Made by a program: the position numbers and the translations under genes. From Octopus sinensis (Eukaryota), in contig NW_021826768.1 in NCBI RefSeq assembly GCF_006345805.1, positions 1-11,796 on the forward strand: a stretch of 11,796 bases of DNA, read 5' to 3'. How positions within the stretch are numbered: the first letter of the stretch is position 1; the number at the start of each line of letters is the position of its first letter. Positions 1-9,192 of the stretch are shown piece after piece. The notes under the pieces were generated by a model. The model had not been told where the DNA came from. It did not search any database and saw nothing but the letters and a program-made list of their open reading frames with translations.

Positions 1-146
1 CCGGGCTTCATATTCAGATGATAACCTATCTATCGCACGATAACTCCGCGCTTGGCAAGCTGTAAGCTGCGGGGCCACCTACACTGCCATATCGTTGATT
101 CAGAATGGAAGAAGAATATTATCGTAGGTTACTTGTTGTTTTCATC

Positions 147-153
<7 letters not shown>

Positions 154-237
<84 letters not shown>

Positions 238-246
238 TGCGTGCGC
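154..246. repeat. (TG)33 microsatellite followed by (GTGC)n
   Basis: Uninterrupted TG run 154-219, then about 7 GTGC units; read directly from the sequence. Confidence 0.97.
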
Positions 247-453
247 GCACGCTATCTCGAAACTACTCTGTGGATGCCAGACCAGCAAGGGGAAGCTGCT
301 GACCTCCCCTGGTTAAAGGTTATAATAGACACAGATTTGTGTGTCACATAGCTAGCTAGAGGCGATGGCCTCTTGGAGCTAATCAACGGCAGCATTCGTC
401 CTATTTTTCTGGACTGCCATGTTAGCTACGCAATAGCTATAAGTATATATTTA

Positions 454-599
454 ATGTATGTATGCATGTATGTATGTATGTATACATGTATGCATGCATG
501 CATACGTGTGTATGCATGCATGCATGTATGTATGTATGTATGTATGTATGTATGTATGTATGTATGTATGTATGTATGTATGTATGTATGTATGTATAT
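454..599. repeat. (TATG)n/(CATG)n tetranucleotide microsatellite
   Basis: Mixed TATG/CATG units, then a pure TATG run from about 525 to 596. Confidence 0.96.
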
Positions 600-1063
600 G
601 GGTGCAAATTTGCATGTTTTATGAATGTATTCTCATGCATGTAGTCAAGTATGTAGAGATGCTCATATATATTTAAATGATAAACTTCTAAATTATATAA
701 GAACAAAGCAAATAGAGCAACGACCCAATCCTGGTTTAAACGTACAAATGTGATTGGTAGAAAAATAGAACCTTAAAAACAACCAAGAAATTAATAAGTT
801 CTATACTATGATGAGTGCAAATACCTAAAAAAGGAAAGAAAAACAAGAATTGTGGACTGTCCTCTCCCTGCGCTCCCTTTCTGTCTGTCCGTCTACTCAT
901 CTATCCCTCTATCCCTCTATCACAAACACACACACACACACACAGAGGACAGCCACGTTCATCTTCCCTCACTTTTTATTGGATAGGTAGTTAGTTTTCG
1001 TTTTGCCTCCCACCTCTGAGCTCGGGCAAATGATGCGATACTGGGCGATTAGGCTCAAATTGT

Positions 1064-1139
1064 AATAATAATAATAATATAATAATAATAATAATAATAA
1101 TAACAACAGCAGCAACAACACAACAACAACAACAACAAT
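1064..1139. repeat. (AAT)n to (AAC)n compound trinucleotide repeat
   Basis: An AAT run switches to AAC/AGC units. Confidence 0.95.
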
Positions 1140-1339
1140 TGCACCTATAACAAAATAAATCTCTTGCAGTCTCCTCAATCATCGATAGTCGATTGATTTT
1201 GCGCAGTCATTGGTGGACGCTCGCTGACAAAGATACGTATACCATACAGAAATTACATGCAAAGACTCGCGGACGCACATACACGTATACATCATCTCAC
1301 GCATTTACATATGTATGTGTGTGTGTGTGTGTGTGTATA

Positions 1340-1757
1340 GGCGCAGGAGTGGCTGTGTTGTAAGAAGCTTGCTTCCCAACCACATGGTTCCGGGTTCAGT
1401 GTTACTATAGTCTTGGGCCGACCAAAGCCTTAGGAGTGGGTTTGATCGATGGAAACTGAAAGAAGTCTGTCGTACACACATATATAATATATGTTATATA
1501 TGTGTGTGTGTGTGTGTTTATGTATATGTGTGTGCGTGTGCATTTATGTATGTATAGTATGTATATGTGTGTCTGTGTTTGTTCTCCAACCGATCTTGTA
1601 TTTACGCCTCCATAACATAGCGATTCGTCAAAAGAGACCGATAAAATAAGTACTAGGCATATAAAGAATAAGTCCTGAGGTCGATTTTTTTCGACCAAAG
1701 GTGGTACTCCACCATGAGTACAGTCAAATGACTGAAAGATGTAAAAGAATAGAAGAA
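1340..1757 (+). mobile_element. tRNA-derived SINE family A, copy 1 (near full length, about 30-bp internal deletion)
   Basis: Head GGCGCAGGAGTGGCTGTGTTGTAAG (A-box-like) and GGGTTCAGT (B-box-like), internal TA/TG microsatellite, 3' CAGTCAAATGACTG hairpin and AAAAGAATAGAAGAA tail. It aligns by eye to copies at 6940, 9193 and 11320. A possible 8-bp TSD is TGTGTATA (1332-1339 and 1758-1765). It resembles abundant octopus SINEs (recalled). Confidence 0.9.
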
Positions 1758-1779
1758 TGTGTATATGTATATATATATG

Positions 1780-1825
<46 letters not shown>

Positions 1826-1885
1826 AATACACACACACACACATACATACACATATATATATATATACATACAAATATATATATA
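1758..1885. repeat. (TA)n/(CA)n/(TACA)n compound microsatellite
   Basis: Read directly from the sequence. Confidence 0.93.
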
Positions 1886-2125
1886 AGCGAACACATCGAA
1901 TAAATAGATACAAACGTACATGCTCCATACATACACGAGATAAACTTTCTAGGGTAACTTTTTCGTAGTTAAACAATGCATGATTCCCACACTTATACGC
2001 CAATGAGCCACTTGTGTTATTTCCCTTTGCGAATCTTATTTATTTTAATCTGCGAACTATTGCCGGACACAAACCATCAAAAGAAATTTTTGTACATTTA
2101 AAAGTAAAATCTTTTTTTTTTTTAA

Positions 2126-2156
2126 CTGAGGAGGTCGAAATCAGCCGAAATATGTC
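2126..2156 (+). ncRNA. degenerate minimal hammerhead ribozyme-like motif (possible Penelope-like element remnant)
   Basis: CTGAGGA (2126-2132), imperfect stem II GGTCG-AAAT-CAGCC (2133-2146), GAAA (2147-2150), TATG, TC (2155-2156). The core order CUGANGA/stem II/GAAA/UH is intact. Canonical stem I pairing is not evident. Confidence 0.4.
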
Positions 2157-2474
2157 CATAGTTCTCCCCCACTTTGACTGCAAACTCAGCTAAGATTTTC
2201 CCATAAATAATGAAATTAGTTTCTCGAATGAATTATAAAGTATTTTGAAATCCCCTCCCCACTCTCTTTTCTGTGCGGGCTGCTAATAATTGCCTTCAGC
2301 TAAATGGTTAAATTTCAATTAAATGATTTTTTTTTTCTTCTGTTTACGTCATTCGGCACGGCCTCTCAGCCTTTCCGCACAAATAAACGTGCATACACCA
2401 GAAAAAAAAAAAAAAAGAACAACAAAAAAAAAAACAAAAAAGGAAACAGACGAATGGGCATGAGAAATGTACAG

Positions 2475-2476
<2 letters not shown>

Positions 2477-2523
<47 letters not shown>
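2477..2523. repeat. (AT)n microsatellite, about 23 units
   Basis: Pure AT run. An A-rich tract lies nearby at 2402-2441. Confidence 0.97.
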
Positions 2524-2525
<2 letters not shown>

Positions 2526-2729
2526 TATACAAGTTAGACAGACAACGAAAGATGGCGGACAGGACGAATGGGCCGGGTGGTGTGCCGGTGGTGCGGCGTT
2601 AGGGCACCCAAACGGGGACGGGCAGACACCAAGACGGGGCTAATTGAGGCAAACAAAATTACATCACATTTTAAAAGCAGAAATGTCATTTAGTAAATAG
2701 TTCGGTGGACAGCAGTATGGGGCAGAGGT

Positions 2730-2812
2730 CGATGATGATGATGGTTGTGGTGGTGATGAGGACGATCATGATGGTGATGACAATGATGACGAATATCACA
2801 ATGATGATGATA
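2730..2812. repeat. degenerate (GAT/GGT/GAC)n trinucleotide repeat
   Basis: Read directly from the sequence. Confidence 0.85.
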
Positions 2813-2859
2813 TCACATAGATTGGTTATCAATCACAATCAATAACCCACTCCACTCTT

Positions 2860-2909
2860 GTCTCCATAGAACTCTCCTCCTCTCTCCCTCCATCTTTCTT
2901 TCTCTTTAC

Positions 2910-2963
<54 letters not shown>

Positions 2964-3036
2964 GTCTGTCTCTCTCTCTTTCTTCCACTATCTATGTATG
3001 CCTGTTCCTGTCTCTCCCTCTTTCTCTCTCTTTCCC

Positions 3037-3107
<71 letters not shown>

Positions 3108-3112
3108 CTCAT
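2860..3112. repeat. pyrimidine-rich tract with two (TATC)n arrays
   Basis: TATC arrays at about 2910-2962 and 3038-3102, embedded in TC-rich sequence. Confidence 0.94.
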
Positions 3113-3780
3113 TCCAAGTGACGTTCGGTAACAATTACTTCGAACACTGAAACCGTGACGTTTACGCCAGATGCATTATGGGGCGTCGAGGGGAGTGAAG
3201 TTCGGTTCCTGGGGGCTGGGAGAGCTATGGGCTGGAATGGTTGCTCCCTCTCCCATCCTTCGCATAATGCCAATAGCATGACATGTGGGTTAAGGTGTGT
3301 GTCCGGAGGTGGGACTGGGCGTGAAATAAACGCCCAGTGTCAATTGATAATTATAATTAACCGTTGTTGAAAAATACCAAATTGTCAATCGATTCCATCC
3401 TACAGTACTGTATTATTGCAGCGTTGAAAATCGGGTCTTTGGATGGAATTAATTTAAAATATTTCTTTCTTGCAAAATAAAGAAAAACAAACTAAATGGT
3501 ACGAAAACCGTCGCGACTTCAGTTAACTTTAGTTATTGTTGCTGTTGTTGTGCTTATTGAACATCGGGTCGATATCTGCGACGGAGTAGACCTATAACAA
3601 CCTTGAATCTGATGAATAATGTTTACTGAAGAAGATAGTCTTCTGACGCTTCCGTCTCTTTTTACGGCCATAAGGGATCATGGAGGGAGTCTAAGTTGGC
3701 ATTTCAAGCGTGTTGAAGGCCGAGGAACCTTCATTCACATATCTTCGATAGCTCACAATATATGGCTTGTCATATATTGT

Positions 3781-4050
3781 GTCGGCGAGCTGGCGGGATC
3801 GTTAGCACGCCGGGCGAAATGCTTAGTAGTATTCCGTTTGCCGTTACGTTCTGAATTCAAATTCCTCCGAGGTCGACTTTGCTTATCATCCTTTCGGAGT
3901 CGATGTTATCGACTTGATCCCTTTGTCTGTCCTTGTTTGTCCCCTCTATGTTTAGCCCCTTTGTGGGCAATAAAGAAATAAGAAACGTTAGCACGCCGGG
4001 CGAAATGCATAGCGGTATTTCGCCTGTCTTTTCGTTCTGAGTTCAAATTC
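3781..4050 (+). mobile_element. tRNA-derived SINE family B, dimeric (full unit 3781-3985 plus truncated second unit 3986-4050)
   Basis: Head GTCGGCGAGCTGGCGGGATCGTTAGC and B-box-like GAATTCAAATTCC/GAGTTCAAATTC. The 23-mer CGTTAGCACGCCGGGCGAAATGC occurs at both 3800-3822 and 3986-4008. It is homologous to the minus-strand copy at 9838-10047. The central CTTTGCTTATCATCCTTTCGGAGTCGAT resembles the CORE-like domain of octopus SINEs (recalled). Confidence 0.88.
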
Positions 4051-4233
4051 ACTAGTGTCTCATCCTTGCTATGCAGTTTCGAATCATCTATGAAGAAGAG
4101 ATGGTTGATTTTCCCTTTAGTTGTTACCCAGGCTCATTTTCCTAAGTACCAAGGTCAGGGGTATCATGCAGACAACAAAAAGCAACGGAGATAAGCTATC
4201 ACCCTGGAAAATCCCTCATCTGATGTACAGGGT
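4051..4233 (-). mobile_element. non-LTR retrotransposon reverse transcriptase fragment, inactivated, R4/Dong-like
   Basis: Manual minus-strand translation from 4233 gives TLYIR*GIFQGDSLSPLLFVVCMIPLTLVLRKMSLGNN*. After a +1 frameshift at 4116 it reads GKINHLFFIDDSKLHSKDETLV. These match the RT motifs G(I/V)xQGDxLSP and (Y/F)xDD. The GIFQGDSLSP...INHL..MDD.KL form is typical of R4/Dong-clade elements. There are two stops and one frameshift. Confidence 0.87.
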
Positions 4234-4237
4234 GTTT

Positions 4238-4338
4238 ATCATCATGGTCATCATGGTCATCGTCATCATCATCATCATCATCATCATCATCTGCATCATC
4301 ATCGTCATCATCATCATCATTCATCATCATCATCATCA

Positions 4339-4386
<48 letters not shown>

Positions 4387-4526
4387 TCATCGTCATCGTC
4401 GTCATCATCGTCCACCATCATCATCATCACCATCCCCACCATCCACCACCTCCACCACCACCACCACCACCACCACCACCACCACCATCGTCATCATCGT
4501 CATCATCGTCGTCATCATTATCGTCG

Positions 4527-4574
<48 letters not shown>

Positions 4575-4621
4575 CCATAATCACCATCATCACCATCATC
4601 ATTATTATTATTATTATTATA

Positions 4622-4686
<65 letters not shown>

Positions 4687-4700
4687 TACTATCATCATTT
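4238..4700. repeat. compound trinucleotide array (ATC/GTC/ACC/ATT)
   Basis: Successive blocks of ATC, GTC, ACC, ATC/GTC and ATT over about 460 bp. Confidence 0.96.
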
Positions 4701-4717
4701 TATTAGACTTCGTTATT

Positions 4718-4805
4718 GGCAGGTAGTTATTTTTATCAACCTCAGCCTGGTAAACAAAAGGTGAAAAATCGCCATCAGTGCCTTTGAAACAGAAAATGAA
4801 ATATA
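4718..4805 (-). mobile_element. possible highly diverged family B SINE fragment
   Basis: GGTAGTTATTTTTATCAACCTC...AAAGGTGAAAAATCGCCATCAGTGCCTTTGAAACAGAAAATGAAA loosely parallels GGTACTTCATTTT...GAAAGGCAATCTTGACCTCGGCAGCATTTAAACTCAGAATGTAA at 9732-9800. The alignment is by eye only. Confidence 0.4.
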
Positions 4806-5164
4806 TAAAATCTTCCATAGTTCAGTTCAATCGAAGAAGATTTACTTCAGGAAAGACATAAAAGTATGTGTATATATAGAGCAATGTTCAAATATTTTCA
4901 CAAATTTGTATCGATTATCGATCAGTGTACATTTATTGGCATATCAAAGATAACGTGTTTTTTGTTCCTTTATCATTTCTATCTATCCATCTATCTGATT
5001 GCGTTTCGATACTTATATGTGAGCTATTATTCATATCACACGCACACACACACACACACACGTTCTATCCTACATTCAATCACATATATTTAAATAGCTA
5101 CACGAATCACTCATAACTTTGTAGGTAAGTCACTGCATACACTCACACACACTCAATAACTCAC

Positions 5165-5384
5165 CCATACATACACACACTACCCTCCCTCATATATAAT
5201 ATATATATATATATATATCTGTATGTATATGCATGCATGTATGCATGTATGTATGCATCCTGTATTAATGTATATATGTATATATGCATGTATGTATTTA
5301 TATATGTATATATAATACATATATTTATATACATATATATATGTACATATAATCCATATATATATATGTAATATATATACATAC

Positions 5385-5421
<37 letters not shown>

Positions 5422-5575
5422 CAATATATATATATATATAATACATACACACATACATACATTACAACATACATACATACTACATACAATACTACGTACA
5501 TACATACATACATACATACATACATACATACATACATACATACATACATACATAACATACATATATATATATATT
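5165..5575. repeat. (TA)n/(TACA)n/(TATG)n compound microsatellite
   Basis: Read directly from the sequence; near-pure TACA run at about 5497-5552. Confidence 0.93.
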
Positions 5576-5939
5576 AAAACATAACAAAATACTCAAATAC
5601 ACATTTATTACACAGTAACTTGCGCAAACAAGAACATTCATTTTATTTCTTTGGGGTTCAAATATATTTAGCCGGGTCCTGTAATAAATAAAGTAATGAA
5701 ACCGAATATACGAGAGCAAACAATTTTTTTTTTGCATTCATTAAGACGACATAAAGCTCCAAGAGATTTCTCTGGTAAAAGATAGCATAAAAGGCAGGCA
5801 AGTGTAAACATACTGACGCAAAGATACACGGGGAGTTATACACACACACACACAAATGTACCGTATGTTTTCACACTCATAATACACGAAAAACACACAC
5901 CACACACATATTTTTTTCTTTCTTTCACACATACACACT

Positions 5940-6046
5940 TTCTTTCCATCTTTCTTTCGCTCTCTCTCCCTCTCTCTCTCTCTCACTCTCTCTCTCTCTC
6001 ACGCACACACATATGTGAACGCACAGACACACAGATATATACACAC
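5940..6046. repeat. (TC)n then (CA)n compound microsatellite
   Basis: Read directly from the sequence. Confidence 0.88.
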
Positions 6047-6100
6047 ATGAAATATGTTCGTTTCTGCGTGCGTGCGAGTGTACTTGTCTTTCTGTTACCC

Positions 6101-6137
<37 letters not shown>

Positions 6138-6326
6138 TCATGCATGCATGTATGAACGAATGTATATATGTATGTATATATGTATGTATGCATGCCTGTA
6201 TGTATGCATGCATGTATGAATGTATATATGTATGTATATATGTATGTATGCATGCATGTATGTATGCATGTATGAATGTATATATGTATGTATATATGTA
6301 TGTATGCATGCATGCATGTATGAATG

Positions 6327-6360
<34 letters not shown>

Positions 6361-6398
6361 TGTATGTATGTATGTGTATGTTTGTATGAATGAATGTG
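6101..6398. repeat. (TATG)n array with a 48-60-bp higher-order repeat
   Basis: The anchor GAATGTATATATGTATGTA recurs at 6158, 6218, 6274 and 6322. Confidence 0.92.
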
Positions 6399-6650
6399 AC
6401 AGGCGTTGTCTTGAGCAAGACACTTTATTTCACATTGCTCTCCACTCAACTGGCAAAAATTAGCAGTAACTGTATTTCAAAGGGCCAACCGTGCCACACT
6501 CATGTGTCACGCTAAATCTCCCTGAGAAGTATGTGAAGGAGTACATGTGTCCGTGGAGTGCTCAGCCACTTCCACGTTAGTCTCACGAGCAAGCTGTTCC
6601 CTTGATCGGATCAACTGGAACCCTCGTCGTCGTAAGCGACGGAGCGCCAA
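6399..6650 (+). mobile_element. SINE family C, 5'-truncated copy
   Basis: It begins near TTGTCTTGAGCAAGACAC, a motif that typically follows the B box in core-type SINEs (recalled). It has a 3' hairpin CGTCG-TAAG-CGACG (6628-6641) and a homologous copy at about 7551-7671. It is flanked by a 23-bp direct repeat. Confidence 0.75.
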
Positions 6651-6654
6651 TATA

Positions 6655-6877
6655 GTATGTATGTATGTATGTATGTATGTATGTATGTATGTATGTATGT
6701 ATGTATGTATGTATGTATGCATGTATGTATGCATGCATGTATGCATGTATGTATGTACGTACGTACGTACGTACGTATGTATGTATGTATGTATGTATGT
6801 ATGTATGTATGTATGTATGTATGTATGTATGTATGTATGTATGTATGTATGTATGTATGTTTGTATGAATGAATGTG
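6655..6877. repeat. (TATG)n array with CATG and TACG variants
   Basis: Read directly from the sequence. Confidence 0.96.
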
Positions 6878-6939
6878 TGTTCGTCTATGTTTCTGTGAAT
6901 GTATGGATGCATGAATAGATGTATATATTTGTATATGTA

Positions 6940-7296
6940 TAAGCTTGCTTCCCAGTCACATGGTTCCGAGTTCAATACCACTGCGTGGTACCCTGGGCAA
7001 GCCTCTTCTACTTTTGCTCTGGACCGACCAAAGCCTTGTGACTGGATTTGGTTGACAGAAACTAAAAGAAGCTCGTCATATATAGATATATGCATACATA
7101 TATGTGTTTGTGTCTTTCTGTATATATTTTCCCTTACCACCACCTCCACCATCATTTGACAACCGGTGTTGGTGTGTTTACGTTTTCGTAACTTGGTTCG
7201 GCCAAAGGGACATATAGAATAAATAGCAGACTTTGAAGCCAAAATATGTTGAGTGCTTGATGTGTTCAACGGAACCCCTCAAGGTGTTTCTCCAGC
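6940..7296 (+). mobile_element. SINE family A, copy 2 (diverged, head slightly truncated)
   Basis: AAGCTTGCTTCCCAGTCACATGGTTCCGAGTTCAATACCACTGCGTGGTACCCTGGGCAAG...GACCGACCAAAGCCTTGTGACTGGATTTGG...GACAACCGGTGTTGGTGTGTTTACG aligns to the other A copies. Confidence 0.87.
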
Positions 7297-7500
7297 GGGG
7301 ATGAATGTGCAACAAATTCGCTTCGCTTTGATGATGCTCTGAGTTTCACAGATTACATTTTGTGATACCTTAGGCAAATATCAATCTTTATAGCCTCAAT
7401 CGACTCCTAAGTGCAATGGCGTGGATGGAAAGTGTGTAGAAGCACCTCCCTCAAATTGCTTAGAGCTCTCTTTAATTCAAACGCCTGTCCATGTGACAAT

Positions 7501-7671
7501 GTGGCACACTATGGTACACTGTGGTACTCTGAGACACATCGTGGTACACTGTGACACACTATGGTACACTAATTCCGCTTGAGAATTATGTTAGAGATGC
7601 ACATGTCTTTGGAGTACTCAGCCACTGACGTGCTGAATTCAATGAGCTTGGCGGTTAATTTCATCGAGCAA
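7501..7671 (+). mobile_element. SINE family C, diverged copy with an internal 10-bp tandem repeat
   Basis: TGAGAATTATGTTAGAGATGCACATGTCTTTGGAGTACTCAGCCACT matches TGAGAAGTATGTGAAGGAGTACATGTGTCCGTGGAGTGCTCAGCCACT at about 6521-6568. Seven decamer units span 7501-7570. Confidence 0.7.
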
Positions 7672-7740
7672 TTCGGACCGACAAACTTAATATAATTTCG
7701 GTTGTTCTCTAACATAATCTGATACTGTTTAATAACTTTA

Positions 7741-7775
7741 AGAGAGAGAGAGAGGGAGAGAGAGAGAGAGAGAGA
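7741..7775. repeat. (AG)n microsatellite
   Basis: AG run with one interruption. Confidence 0.95.
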
Positions 7776-8079
7776 GCTCTTAGTTTTGTAAAAGGTTAAG
7801 AAGTATGCTTTAACAGATCTTTTATCAGATCTGTGAACAAGCGCAGTTATAACCATCATGTCAAATGATGTGGTTGGTTATATAAGTTTTCCTTATTTTA
7901 CGGGAACGCGTTATACGTGATGTTAGCTGCTATTTCTAGCTGGACAAGCAAGTGCAATGACACTAAGTGAATATTATAAAAAAAACTTACACACGTGCAC
8001 AATCACATATGCGCGGACACGTACAAAAACACACTCCCACATTCCGCATCCATGTGTAATATCCTTCCTTTAGTGTTCA

Positions 8080-8122
8080 TCGTCACCATTATCAACACTA
8101 CCACCATCACCACCATCACTAC

Positions 8123-8159
<37 letters not shown>

Positions 8160-8184
8160 GCCGCCGCGTCTCCACCACCAACGT
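8080..8184. repeat. (ACC)/(ATC)n trinucleotide repeat
   Basis: Degenerate ACC/ATC units, then a pure ATC run at about 8122-8159. Confidence 0.9.
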
Positions 8185-8249
8185 AAGACTTGTGTTTTCA
8201 TTCACTCTCAATATATATTCTCTCAAAAATATGTCACAAGCAGAACACT

Positions 8250-8464
8250 CTATACATACATACACCCACACACATACATACATACATACATACATACATA
8301 AATACATACACACTCACAAAGACACACACCCATTTTTATTAATATATATGTGTGTATGATGCATTTATAAACCTTGATATACATATATGCACATATATAT
8401 ATATATACATATATTCATGTATATATATATATAACAGATATACAATCCCAATGCACATAAACGT

Positions 8465-8496
<32 letters not shown>

Positions 8497-8610
8497 GTAT
8501 ATATGTAATACATACATATAATATATATATAATATATATTAATATATATATATATATATATATGTCAGTATCCATGTATGTGTATGTATGTATGTATGTA
8601 TATACACGTA
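8250..8610. repeat. (TACA)n/(TA)n/(TATG)n compound microsatellite
   Basis: Read directly from the sequence. Confidence 0.9.
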
Positions 8611-8724
8611 GATACACAGCCAACAAACCCAGCCATCCACCATTTCATCTTCGATACTCTACTGATTCGCACCGTATACTTATCTAATTAAACTAATGGA
8701 TATAGTTTTAAATATTTTAAGCAC

Positions 8725-9015
8725 ACACCACCGCCCACTACTACCTTCCCCCATCAAACACCCCCACTGTTTTCAACACTACTACTAATACCACCACTAC
8801 CACCACCACCACGACCACATCTCGCTTCATCACTATCATCACCACCACATCATCATCATCAGCAGCACCACCACTACTACCATCGTCGTTACGTCTATCA
8901 CGACCACCATTTCCTTCGTCACTTTAATCACCACTCACGTTGTCATTACCACCACCATCACCACCACCACCAATACCAAAATATTCGAATTTCTCCACCA
9001 CCAGCACCAGTACCA
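8725..9015. repeat. degenerate (ACC/ACT/ATC)n low-complexity tract
   Basis: Read directly from the sequence. Confidence 0.82.
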
Positions 9016-9192
9016 TGAACACTAATGCCAAGGAACAGCCTCATGTCACACCAATACCGAGACTACTGCCATAACTATCACCTCTACCAAAACTAACTAA
9101 CGTTTCTCATCGTCACCTATGAATTATTCCTAAAACTAGCTGCCTGGTCTCTCAGAAATCACTCTTTACAGTCTAAAAAGAAAAATACAAAT

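Noticed and set aside
1-430. Possible RTE-like C-terminal remnant split by the (TG)n repeat (RMEEE..., IDTD...LA)
   Set aside because: The similarity is a few scattered residues across different frames, which is too weak without a database search.
1340-1405. SINE heads as tRNA genes
   Set aside because: They have A/B-box-like motifs but no cloverleaf, and they continue into repeated SINE bodies.
3100-3160. Splice acceptor after the long pyrimidine tract (TTCCAAG at 3112-3118)
   Set aside because: The pyrimidine tract is microsatellite-derived, and all three frames reach a stop within about 11 codons. A non-coding exon cannot be assessed from sequence alone.
3609-3650. CTGATGA and CTGAAGA as hammerhead cores
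   Set aside because: Neither has a credible stem II followed by GAAA at the required spacing.
3594-3780. Minus-strand peptide MIPYGRKKRRKRQKTIFF... resembling the HIV Tat basic motif, and plus-strand ORF 3619-3981
   Set aside because: The peptide is only 29 codons and bounded by stops, so the resemblance is probably chance. The plus ORF runs into a SINE and has no recognisable domain.
7501-7570. Regularly spaced repeats as a CRISPR array
   Set aside because: The units are 10 bp with no unique spacers, the context is eukaryotic, and there are no cas genes.
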